A stretch of DNA of 64,000 nucleotides, taken from assembly GCF_009834535.1 (NCBI RefSeq), contig NC_045696.1, forward strand, positions 54,376,001-54,440,000, in the 5' to 3' direction. The position numbers and the translations under genes were made by a program. Below are positions 1 to 11,913 of the stretch, piece after piece (position 1 is the stretch's first letter; each line of letters starts with the position of its first letter). Under the pieces are notes generated by a model that saw only the letters and a list, made by a program, of their open reading frames with translations, did not search any database and was not told where the DNA came from. The stretch comes from Camelus ferus (lineage: Eukaryota).

Positions 1-759
1 TTATTGTTGCTACAACTTTGATAGGCATCACTTTCTTCATCAAAAATGACATAGGTGGATTAAACTCTCTCTTAGGTCCTTATTATTTTAGCATTTTGGG
101 TTTGTGAATCCTATTGGGGGTCTGCTAACATTCAAGAAGTTTAGGGAAGAGGATGTGAAGTGCTAAATCCTCTGTGTTTTAGGCTGTATATATTCCTTCC
201 AACTCTGCCTCCTGTTTCTGTCCCTACAAGGTAGACTTTTTGCATAGAAACAGCCTCTTTGCCAGGGCTTTCGTTCTTCTCTAGAATCAGAAGTCAGGGC
301 TCCTCAGCTTATAAGGTCACAACTATCCCAACTGGCAAAGGCTGTAGAGAATGCCAATTACTACACTTGCAGTTAGAAGCCAATTATTTTTTCTTAAAAT
401 AACATGTGTCCTGTAGTCAAATTGAAGAGTGCAGCTAGGTAATGGAAGCAGCCCGTTGCAGACTGAGCAGGAGGTGAAAGACAAGGGCAGTAGGGTTAGA
501 GAAAGGTCAGGATACAGGATTCACTGAGAGGAATGCTCACAGAATTACAGAATGTTAGAGCAAAACAGATCTTACAAATCATGGTGTTAGAAATATATCC
601 TTGGTCCTGACCCAGGCTTTGGAAACAGGGTATACCCCTCAGCTGTTGACTCAGGAATTCAGATGGCTCACATAATATCATTTCAATTTTATGTATATTC
701 TGTAAGCAAGCATGTTATGAGGAAAACGAAGTAATAAGGCAAATTGGGAAAGGCAGACA

Positions 760-945
760 AATCTAGAGATGAATGCCAGCTCTATTTCTTAGATCTGGAT
801 CCCATGATGATTTAACTACCTTTTCAGGATCCCAAATTTTCCATAGAAAAAGGGGGATGCTCACACCTACCTCGAGGGAATGGTGAGATTTATTGATGAT
901 GGAGGTAATTATCTGGTACTGAGTACACACTTAACAAATAGCGCC
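760..945 (+). mobile_element. MIR SINE fragment, highly diverged
   Basis: Degenerate MIR-like course: gaatgccagctct...ttttccatagaaaaagggggatgctcacacctacctcgagggaatggtgagatt...acttaacaaata. Confidence 0.5.
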
Positions 946-1606
946 TTCTTTACAGTTACCATGTGTAGTTATGTTTAAAGGGTTCCTCTAATCTGTTCCC
1001 ATTTCTAATGTTTTCTACAGCTCCATTCTCCAACCATCTCAAGCTTTCTTGAATGCTTAATCTATCTCCCTCAATCTGGGGGGGACCCCAAATCCTTGGG
1101 TATTTTTTTGTCTTCTGATAGGTCAGATGGGAAGTTTAAAAGTTCCCAGCCATCCTTTAGCAACTGTCACCATGGCTGTCTGCTGTCATTTCTAAGAACT
1201 TACTTTACATAGTGGGTCATCTTGGCAGCTGGAGCTTGTACCCCATTATAGGTCCAAGTCTGCAGGAATCTGACTGCTGTGTGTGGGTGTAACTGAATAG
1301 GATCCTACTGTCATCATTGGTGATCATCTGATATCTGTAATGGTGTTTGTATCTGCTTCACTGTATAACGGTTTAAAGGTCTTTCTCATGCTCTTGCTGA
1401 CCAGGATTGGGCTGGAGAGGAGGGAGGCTTGGGTAGTCTGCCCAACCCCCTCATGATGCTGTGTGCAGGGATTACACTCAGTGCCCTGCTCTTGTCCCTA
1501 GTGCTTTGCTCCTAACCCCAGTGCCCTCCTCTTGATTCCAACACCTCAGAAAAAGCAATTGGGTGTTTTCTACATCTCATCATTTATAACTCATCCTAAC
1601 TGTGCA

Positions 1607-2140
1607 TGCCTGCAGTTGTTTTTGACTCCTTGTGGTTTCCTTGTATCCTGTTGTTCAAGCTGCAGGCCTCAATCTGCAGCAGGAGATCCCAGGCCTCAGC
1701 CTGCTTAAAGGGCTAAAAGCATTTATCAGTTTGACTTTAAACTACACAAGTTTTTCTCTAGAGCTCTTTTCCACAGAGCCCCTGCCTATGCACCATTTGT
1801 TCTAGGTACAAGAATATTAAAAGAGTCCCAAAGCCAGAGGTGAATTTCATACCCAGCAGAGGGAAGGGGAGCCCTGCATCTGCAAAAACAAGAACTTTGC
1901 AACACTTTGTTACCCTGTATATGATCTCTGTGGAAACTAGCTCCACCCCTTGAACTATTAAACTTTTATTATAAAACCCCCTGTCTTCTCTCCAAGCAGG
2001 CTCACCATCTTAGAGGCATTAGCCCACTTTAACCTCCTTTGCCTGGCAAAGAAATAAAGCTTCCTTCTCTATTTCATCCAAAACTCTATCCTCAGGTCTC
2101 AATTTGGCAAGTGGGGTACAGAGGCCATGTTTCAGCAACA
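1607..2140 (+). mobile_element. Solo LTR, ERV1-like
   Basis: About 530 bp. TATAAAA at 1970-1976, AATAAA at 2053-2058 in the ERV1-type context cctttgcctggcaaagaaataaagct, and 3' end ttcagcaaca (…CA) at 2140. tgtgc at 1601-1605 and 2141-2145 is a possible TSD. The 5' boundary is approximate. Confidence 0.75.
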
Positions 2141-4354
2141 TGTGCTCATGCATACTCTCTGCAAATGCACCAGATGCTTATTTGTATCTAAGGGGTATAG
2201 AACCCTTGAGCTGGAGTCCTAGGTTCCCTGGTAAGGATTCTGAGGAACAGCTAAGTCCATATACTGTATGATGTTGAGAATTCACACCCCAAACCTCAGT
2301 AAGAAGAGGCTGGGGCATTTTTTCTCATGGTTGGCAGTATGGGAGACATGATATCCCCTCTATTTCCTATTTTCTCTCTGGGACAAGTGAGGGTAAAGAA
2401 ATACAAAGAACTAGGGAAAACCTAGCTGGTTCGACTTAACTTTCCTCAGTATAAGCACGCTAAGTCCCAGGATACTACATTTCTGGGAGAGCACTCATGG
2501 TTGTGTATCCTATAGATAAATGTGTGTCATAGATTCTGCCTAAGGGTGTGAAAAGAGGTCACTCCAACATGACTAGAGCAACTTAGGATCTCCCCTAAAG
2601 AAGACAGCAGAGGTGGAGTTTACTCTCCTAGGATGCTGCCTCACATATCAGTGAATAAGGGGAAAGGCCATTTAATTTTTTTTCCTGCATCTATGCAATT
2701 ACCATGAAAATCCACATGTCACATTTGCATTTGTCATAGGCTCCAGCATTAATAGTGCATTTAAAAGTCATGATGTCACTACCATTCATTATGCCCTGTG
2801 GTGCCAGGCTTCAGTGTCATCTATTAATCACCAGTGTCTGCAGACACATGTATTTGGAAAGGCGAAGTTTAGATCCATAAAGCATGATTTACTTTCTTAA
2901 AGTTGCATGACTGAAGATGTATTTCCATCTTGTTCTGCATGGAAATTGCTCACCACTGTGTCCTTAGGAAAGTCCTGGCATTTCCAAGCTGATATTTAAA
3001 CAGCTATCTTGAAACAAAATGCCATTTTAGAGGTTCTGAAAAAGACACCGATGAATATCTCACTCCTCATTTAAAAGAGTGTAACTGGGATGTGCAGGGA
3101 GTATGGTCTTTTTCTCTCTGAGCCGATACTTCACAGGGAGCTGAAGAAGACAAAGAGCAATCCAGAATAGGGACACTGGTTTCTAAAAAAAGAAGTTGCT
3201 GGGGATTTCTTTGCATGAATTGTGACCCTAAGATAGGCCACATTACTGAAGACTCACTGAAGAGAAGTAGTTCAATGGTTGGAAAGTGAAATTAAGGAAT
3301 AAAATGGAAGATGATAACAGACAAGGATGAAGAAACAAGAATCCAAAAACTGAGGTGATGAAGAGAAATAATGAGAAAATAATAGAAAAAAACTGATAAA
3401 ATGAAGTAGAGTGAAGGAAGGAAAAAGAAATGAGTAGTGGATGAGGCAACAGTGGAAGGTTTGAAGGAAAACTATACAGAACCATGGGAATCACAGGCAG
3501 GGACAGTCCTATCAGTGTGGGGTACTTTCCCTATAAAACAGCCTTTCTCTTAGACTGATCTCATCTGTTCAGATGTTGGCCTGGATTTAACGCTGTATTG
3601 TATGCTTTAAACAGACTTTGACATGCCTCAGCATAAACAAATATCGCTTTGTATTTAGTCAGTCTGCTAAAACTCTAGAAAAGCTTCATGTGAATTACCT
3701 ACATGATGCATTTCCCCTGTTATTCCTACATGGTTAGAAAGTTCTCAGCATTTTAATTATTTCTAGCGAACATATAAAATCATGTATAGAAATGAATCAC
3801 TCATACAACAATCCTCTAGCTTTCAAGCTTGGGAATCCAACCCCAGAATAGTCATAAAAACTCAACAGGGATGTGAGCATTATGCTTAATCAACAGAAGG
3901 AAATGAAGTGGTTAATCTTAATCAATTACAGAAATTACTTTATATGCATCTATCATTTTAAGATTCCATCTTCTTCTCTCATTGCAGCCTCTCTCCCTAC
4001 AGTTTGATCATGTGGTCTTTCACATACACCTAGTCATTATTTGTGCATCCCAGGAATGCCCGGCATGGCCTCTCAGTGGAGACTAAGTTACAAACCACTG
4101 CTGGTGGACAATGAGAGTGCTGTTTCTCATGTCTTTATCATTTGCTTGCATCAAAAAAGGAACAAGGTAGAACACTCTTCTTAAAAATGGTTTATACACT
4201 GACTTTTGACCTAGAGGAATATTTTGTCAGTAATTTGCCTCCATTTGTACAGTTTGGTTTGCTTCAAACCTCTTCTCAAGAATGATTTTGGTTGAGGAGA
4301 AAGGAAAGGACAAGCACAGAGTTCATCCAATTCCCACCACATTCCCCACTGTAT

Positions 4355-4560
4355 ATCACTGTGATGAACGCAACATAGCCCCTGCCTTCAAAGAACATAC
4401 ATTCCTGGGAAAGGGTGGTAAACAGACCCCAAAACAGGAAAGGGAAGTAAATTGTTAAGGTTCTACATTAAAGTCCATCAGAGTTACCAGAGGAGCATGT
4501 GAACAGGTATAACTTTTATTATTAAGATGAAGTGGAACTAAAAAGGAGATTTAGTGAGGA
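4355..4560 (-). mobile_element. L2 LINE 3' fragment
   Basis: gatgaacgcaacatagcccctgccttcaaagaacatacattcctggga resembles the reverse complement of the L2 3' end. Confidence 0.45.
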
Positions 4561-5451
4561 GAAGGAAGGGAACAGTTAACAGAGAGAACTTATATTTGAG
4601 ACTAAATTTCTAGAGGGAAATAAGCTTTGGAGGCTTTTGTTTTATATATATGAATGGAAAATGCAATTAAAAGGACCAGTGTTTTTCAAAAATACTGTTT
4701 TAAATGAAAGAAGATAATTATCAGACACTTTGCACTTGAAATTTCAGTCAATATCAGAGAGCTAGATATTAAGAAGCAAATAGCAGAATACATATTTCTC
4801 ACTAGATTTTTAAAATCTAAAATAAATTCTATAGACAAATATCAAGGTCTATCTTAAAAATATATTGAATGAAAGCAAACGGAAGATAAGTTTGTGACAG
4901 TTTCTACTATCCTAAAGATGACAGTAACAGTGGAGCACACTTGTAATCTAAATAAAGAAGGAACAGAAATTTAACACTACATAAGAAATTCTTGATTCTA
5001 ATTGGAAATTAACATTATTCTGAATTTCTAGGAAACAAAGTCTTGTGCATTTATACTAATTTCAATGGCTCTAAGCACACCTATTAAAAACTTTACAGTT
5101 TTCTTGCATGTACAGAAACTTAGGTCACCTCTTTTTATGATTAAAGTACAGAAATTATGAATAAGCAGTTTTTCTTACGTTTTTCTCTCATATGGTCATA
5201 GAATTCTGTAAAAGACTGTGTTTTCTCTGAAAATGGACTTTGAAATGTAAACTCCAGCTTTCCATTTCACCATCTAAGTGGAGGATGGAATAGATATAGC
5301 CAGGTGAGTACTAATGATAATAGATGTAAAATCTCTGTGAACAACAAAGAATTAGACCTCATTTTTACTAGTATCTTTTTTTGCACACACAGATACTCTC
5401 CTCAAACAAACATAACCTCTGTTAATTAGACTGTGACTTAGTGGAATGACT

Positions 5452-7730
5452 ATATATGACAAACCTACAGCCAGCATAGTACTCAATGGTGAAAAACTCA
5501 AACGCTTCCCACTAAAATCCGGGAAAGCTTCCCACTAAAATCCGGGACAAGACAAGGCTGCCCACTATCACCACTCCTATTCAACATAGTCTTGGAAGTC
5601 CTAGCCACAGCAATCAGGCAAGAGAGAGAAATAAAAGGGATCGAAATTGGAAAAGAAGAGGTAAAAGTGTCACTATATGCTGACGACATGTTACTATATA
5701 TAGAAGACCCTAAAAGGTCCACACAAAAACTACTAGAGCTGATCGAAGAATTCAGCAAGGTAGCAGGTTACAAGATTAATGTTCAAAAATCAATTGCATT
5801 TTCAGAAAAAGAAAGTAAAGAAACAATCCCCTTTAAGTAGCACCCAAAGTAATAAAATATCTAGGAATAAATCTAACAAAGGAAGTGAAAGAATTATACA
5901 CAGAAAACTATAAACCACTGATGAAGGAAATTAAAGAAGACTTTAAAAAATGGAAAGATATCCCATGCTCTTGGATTGGAAGAATCACTATTGTTAAAAT
6001 GGTGACACTGCATAAGGCAATCTACAGATTTAATGCAATCCCTATCAAATTACCCAGGACATATTTCACAGAACTAGAAAAAATCATAATAAAATTCATA
6101 TGGAACCACAAAAGACCTAGAATTGCCAAAGCATTACTGAAGAGAAACAAAGAGGCTGGAGGAATAACTCTCCCAGACTTCAGACAATACTATAGAGCCA
6201 CAGTCATCAAGACAGCATGGTGTTGGTACAAAAACAGACATATACACCAATGGAACAGAATAGAGAGCCCAGAAATGAACCCACAAACTTTTGGTCAGCT
6301 AATCTTCGACAAAGGAGGCAAGAATATACAATGTAATAAAGACAGTCTCTTCAGCAAATGGTTTTGGGAAAACTGGACAGCAGCATGTAAAGCAATGAAG
6401 CTAGAACACTTCCTTACACCATACACAAAAATCAACTCAAAATGGATCAAAGACTTGAACATAAGACAAGATACAATAAACCTCCTAGAAGAAAATATAG
6501 GCAAAACTATCTGACATACATCTCAAAAATGTTCTCCTAGAACAGTCTACTCAAGCAATAGAAATAAAAGCAAGAATAAACAAATAGGACCTAATTAAAC
6601 TTACAAGCTTCTGCACAGCAAAGGAAACCATAAGTAAAACAAAAAGACAACCTATGGAATGGGAGAAAATTTTTGCAAATGAAACCAACAAAGGCTTGAT
6701 CTCCAGAATATATAAGCAGCTCATACGACTCAATAAGAAAGAAACAAACAACCCAATCCAAAAATGGGCAAAAGACCTAAACAAGCAATTCTCCAAGGAA
6801 GACATACAAATGATTAATAGGCACATGAAAAAATGCTCAATATCACTAATTATCAGAGAAATGCAAATCAAAACTATGATGAGGTATCACCTCACACCAG
6901 TCAGAATGGCCATCATTCAAAAATCCTCAAATGACAAATGGTGGAGAGGCTGTGGAGAAAAGGGAACCCTCCTTCACTGCTGGTGGGGATGTAGTTTGGT
7001 GCAGCCACTGTGGAAAACAGTATGGAGATTCCTCAAAAGACTAGGAATAGACTTACCATATGACCCAGGAATCCCACTCCTGGGCATATATCCAGAAGGA
7101 ACACTACTTCAAAATGACACCTGCACCCCAATGTTCATAGCAGCACTATTTACAATAGCCAAGACATGGAAACAGCCTAAATGTCCATCAATGGATGACT
7201 GGATAAAGAAGAGGTGGTATATTTATACAATGGAATACTACTCAGCCATAAAAACCGACAACGTAATGCCATTTGCAGCAACATGGATGCTCCTGGAGAA
7301 TGTCATTCTAAGTGAAGTAAGCCAGAAAGAGAAAGAAAAATACCATAAGAGATCGCTCATATGTGGAATCTAAAAAACAAAAACAAAAAAACAAAGCATA
7401 AATACAAAACAGAAATAGACTCATAGACATAGAATACAAACTTGTGGTTGCCAAGGGGGCGGAGGGTGGGAAGGGATAGACTGGGATTTCAAAATTGTAG
7501 AATAGATAAACAAGATTATACTGTACAGCACAGGGAAATATATACAAGATCTTATGGTAGCTCACAGAGAAAAAAATGTGATAATGAGTACATATATGTT
7601 CATGTATAACTGAAAAATTGTGCTCTACACTGGAATTTGACACAACATTGTAAAATGATTATAAATCAATAAAAAATGTTTTAAAAAAATCAGTTGCATT
7701 TCTTTACACTAACCATGAATCAACAGAAAA
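5452..7730 (+). mobile_element. 5'-truncated young LINE-1 (camelid/artiodactyl type) with rearranged 3' end
   Basis: Continuous L1 ORF2 from the RT region to the C-terminus, 3' UTR with G-rich tract (~7455-7475), AATAAA at 7668-7673 and a short A tail. A 9-bp candidate TSD aatgactat lies at 5445-5453 and 7729-7737. Confidence 0.97.
5454..7373 (+). pseudogene. Disrupted L1 ORF2 (reverse transcriptase plus C-terminal Cys-rich domain)
   Basis: ORF track pieces 5592-5840 ([14 protein letters not shown] at 5676-5687), 5885-6514 ([18 protein letters not shown]) and 6654-7373 ([18 protein letters not shown], with the first Cys of CX3CX7HX4C replaced by Trp; ends SLICGI). Broken by a 23-bp duplication, a 21-bp deletion, frameshifts and stops. 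Confidence 0.95.
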
Positions 7731-7875
7731 TGACTATTTCTCAAGAGGGGAGACCTCATTCTGTAGGCCAGTTTGGTTTACTCCCAGACATCTCAAAAGG
7801 GTCCTGTAACCACAATCTCCTTAAGCCAATTGCTCCTTTCCCTCTTTGATCTTAATTCTTTTGTGAGGAGTTCAC

Positions 7876-8226
7876 TGTCTTAGTCATCTCATGCTGTGGT
7901 AACAAAACAGACTAGGTGACTTAAATAATAGACATTTATTTCTCACAGTTCTGGAGGCTGGGAAGTCCAAGACTGAGTGCTGGTGGACTTGGTGTCTCAT
8001 GAGATCCCACTTCCTAGTATGAAGATGGCCTTCTTGCTGTTTCCTTATGTGGCCAAGCAAGAGATAATCTCTGTGGTGTGTCTTTTTCAAAGGGCACTGA
8101 TCCTATTCTGTGATCCGTTCATGACCTCGTTACTTCCCAAAGGTCTCACCTCCAAATACTGTCACATTGGGGATTAGGGATTCTATATTTGATTTTTGTG
8201 GGGACTCAAACATTCAGAACATGGCA
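7876..8226 (-). mobile_element. MaLR solo LTR, MLT1A-like
   Basis: tgtcttagtc...catttatttctcacagttctggaggctgggaagtccaagac...cccaaaggtctcacctccaaatac...aacattcagaacatggca; ~350 bp with TG…CA ends. Confidence 0.85.
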
Positions 8227-10329
8227 CTCATCATTTTCCCCACCAGGATCCACCATCCAAGAGGTCAAACAGACCCAAGGAACAGAAGCAGAAGCTGGTC
8301 CATTTTCTCTAACAACGAGGAGACAATCAGTCTTTAAAATGGCTCTAGCACTTTTGCATTTGTTCCAATCACCTCCTTTTCTTGACCTCCTACCTTTCTT
8401 CCTAATCCGTTTCTCATAAAGAAGATAATCAAAGGAGAAACATGTCCTGCCTCCTTTCTGCAGTCTTGTCCAATTTACACAGACTGTAAAAGGTCTTTGG
8501 TCTCCTTACTTGAAAAGAAGCACCTCTGTTACTGTGTTCACACCACTAGACCAGAAGCTATTAAAACAGAAGAATGGCTTAATTTGCTTAATTTGTAACG
8601 TTGAATGACTGAAGAAAACCCTAAAATTATTTAATAAAGAATGTGGAGAAAAGGCTATCAACTCTGCTTTATTTAAATAACAAAACTATTAAATATTTTA
8701 ATTACACATACATATAGACATTAACTACTTTAGAAGTAGCAAAGTACCGATTAAGAAAATAAGTTGGACTCTTGACTTATTTTATAGGTAACTGTAAACA
8801 AAAGAAACAGCAAAAGCTATCCTCAATGCCTTTCATAACAACACACAAAATCACATTTTATCAGTGGAATTAGGTGCTAGAACTAGGTCTCAAAGAGAAG
8901 ACAACAGTATTAAACCTTTATGACTGACCAGGAAAGCACTCTACCATCTTCTTTAAAAGAGCAGAAAAAAAAAAACAAAAAAACCAGTATTAGGCAGTGA
9001 AGAGATGAAACAGTTTTATAATAGCATTTGGGAGCAACTTGAGGAACAGTTCAATGTTGTATTTCAGCTGTGGATAGAGATGGGGTAAAACGAAAATAAA
9101 AGGAACCTTCCATTTATGACTGCTGACAGAGAATTAGACCAGAAATTTAGTTTAAAAAAATTCCTGAAGGAGAAACTTCTCTGACAGGTGTTGATTTAGG
9201 AAATCACTTCTCATCTATGCTCAGAGATAACTTGGATTTTCACCCCAAAAGGGAGAACTGAGTTCTCGTAATGTGAAAATTATGATTCTGAGCACTGCTG
9301 AAGATAGGAGATTATGTGAGGGGAAACTCCATTACCTCAGCCAACACAAATGTTCAAGAATTCTAGCTATAAAAGAATGCTCATCATTCTAATTATCCAG
9401 ATGTTGTTACTTCAGATTTGAAAAAAAGAGTAAGAAGGAAGAGGGGGTTGGGGGTGACTAAAAGCCCTGATATCACTGACAGCACAGTCTCTGTGATGGA
9501 AAATAACTAGTCTAGGGAAGAATAAAATGGCCTGTCTTACTGCCTAAACTTTGTCCACCGAATGAAATGTTAGCTAATAGAAGCTGCTGTCATCTTCTGT
9601 ACAGAGTGGCGAGGGAGGGGAAGGGGGCATATTTCAACTTACTTGTGAATCAGTACCATTAAGACATGTCTGTCCTGGCTCACAGCCCTCTTTTCAGCCT
9701 GGGATGGAAGGTGCTGTGTATAAATCTTCCTTAATGGATAGGGTAGTCCACAGTTTGCCATGCTATTCTCTGACAAGAGACCCAACATCTTCTCTGACAA
9801 GAAAAACAGAATCAGAACTGTTTATTCAACTTGACTCCTTGTCTCCTGATCATTTTTGCTTCCTCTGTTGCGATTCTCATCCACAGACCCAATGATGATA
9901 AAATCTACCGTATCATTGTGAAAGAAAAATGGGGAAAAGAAGTTCATCTGTCCCCTTCTTGTTTATCTAGGGATTTGTCCAAATTAGGCTTGATGAGGCA
10001 TGGCCTGTAATAGTAGTTTTTTTTTTTTTTTTAATTGTTTAAAGCCATAGGACACTTCCTTTAGACAAAACCTTATGAGGAAGCCCATACACACACACAA
10101 AAAAAAAGATGAAGGGAAGGTGCACTGGCTCAGTCCTTCCCCACTTTTAGGGGCCCTCAGGCCTAAGAAGTACCATCACACTCGGAGAGCAACAGTCCTC
10201 CGAATGCTGTCTCAGGTCACTCAGGCCTGCCCCGCCGTCTCTCATCCTCGCCTCCCTCAGTCACCAGCAGTAACCCGGATCTCTCTGGACATCTGTTTTC
10301 ACCCAGACCCATCTCCCTATTTTCTTGCT

Positions 10330-11090
10330 CGTCTGACTCATATTCAATTCCCACCTCTTCACTTCCCCGAGCTTCCTTCTACTGTTAATTTCTCAGAGCA
10401 TTCCCTTTACCTCCTTATCTTAGCTGAAACCTAATTCTTTTCTGAGAACAAAATTTCCTCTCTAACCTTCTCAAATAGTGACTGTCTTGTGCCTTACATA
10501 CTCTATCATGTTAGCGTCAGAAAGTGAGGTTAGTGTCCTCCTTGCTTCCCCTTGCGGCTTCCACACTGTCACCACCCCCTTCCCTTACAAAAACCACTAC
10601 TTCTTTAAATGTACATCATCTCCATAAATCACAGTCTTACCCTACTCGCTGCAGTTGCCTCCTCATCACCTTGTCATTTCCTTTATTTCATCAAAAACCT
10701 TGACGACATAGCTCCTCTTCACCACAACCGTTGCCATTATTCACCATGAATTCAACGTCCACATTAATGAATCATTCAGCCTGTTTTGCCTTTCTTTCAA
10801 GTCTTCATTTTCTTCCACTATCTCCCATCAATTCAAGTACATGGTCAAGGGCACACTGTGGACTTTATGCTCATTAGAAAGTCCATTTTAAACATTCTGA
10901 TGTTTGACTACTAACCATCAATCATCCCTGATTTCTCTGGAATTTCTCTGGAATTCTTTAATTTCCAAGATATCCTGTTCATCCTCCTCTGTCTCTACTT
11001 TTCCGCTTTTCTGGGTTTACTTACATTCTCTTATAAATGATCTTAGCTTCCTCTGTGATAGTCACTGGGCAAAACTCCAACTCTGAGAGA
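10330..11090 (+). mobile_element. L2 LINE internal fragment, ancient
   Basis: C/T-rich degenerate L2-like sequence, e.g. attattcaccatgaattcaacgtccacattaatgaatc and catggtcaagggcacactgtggactttatgctcatt. Confidence 0.55.
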
Positions 11091-11286
11091 AGTACACTCA
11101 CTCTTTGGTATCTGCAGAGGATTGTTTCTAGAACCCATTAATCCAGTGGGTGAATTTAGTACTGCCCACTCCCACAATTCTAGCAAGACTCATTGCTAAC
11201 ATTTTATCTGGTCGTTTCACATTGCATTTCAGTGGTCGTCAACCCCATAAGCTAGCTGCCATTACTGCCATACTTGTTAGGCCCCA

Positions 11287-11609
11287 CAGCCAGCCCTCCA
11301 CATCCACAGCTTCTGCATTCTCAAATCCAACCAACTGAGGATCAAAAAACATATTTATTTTTTTTAATCCTAGAAAGGTTACAAAAGCAAAACCTGCTGC
11401 ATGCTAGCAACTATTTCCATAGCATTTATACTGTATTAGGTATTGTGAGTAATCTAGAGATGATTTTGAAGTATATGAAAGGATGTGCATAGGTTATATG
11501 CAAATGCTATGCTATTTTACATAAGGGACAGGGACTTGAGCATCCATGGATTTGGGTACGGGGCCGGACATCCTGCAGCCAATTCCCTGTGAATACTGAG
11601 GGACTACTA
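11287..11609. mobile_element. Tigger3/MER2-family DNA transposon (TcMar-Tigger), non-autonomous
   Basis: TIR-like ends cagccagccctccacatcc and gaatactgagggactacta followed by TA; internal aactatttccatagcatttatactgtattaggtatt…aatctagagatgatt…gggacttgagcatccatggattt. Confidence 0.85.
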
Positions 11610-11882
11610 TAATCTCTTAGAAAGCCCCTTTCTAAGATTTGTCATGCCCTGATAAGGAGTTTTAAAGCTCATACAGAGAAACAATATTCTTTGAGGGTTT
11701 AAAAGCACAAAAGAAAGAAACCAAATACACCATTAAAATAGTACAGAGAGTAGAGTTTTGTGATAATAGGAATTAAATATAGGTAAGGAAGAGAGAATAG
11801 ATCCCATGGAGAAAATAGAGAGATAAAAGAAATATAAAGGTTTTCTTTTAATTTCTTGGGTCATTGGTTAGGGAGAATAGTG

Positions 11883-11887
<5 letters not shown>

Positions 11888-11913
<26 letters not shown>
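11888..11913. repeat. Poly(T)26
   Basis: Read directly from the sequence. Confidence 0.95.

Noticed and set aside
3243..3494. Hydrophobic 83-aa ORF resembling a membrane protein
   Set aside because: It is the translation of the complement of an A/G-rich low-complexity tract.
5498..7643. Minus-strand ORFs 5498-5758, 6295-6504, 6551-6871 and 7308-7643
   Set aside because: Antisense reading frames of the L1, a common artefact.
9766..9802. 13-bp direct repeat ttctctgacaaga (similar small duplications at ~10931 and ~34172)
   Set aside because: Ordinary slippage duplications; not an array and nothing CRISPR-like.
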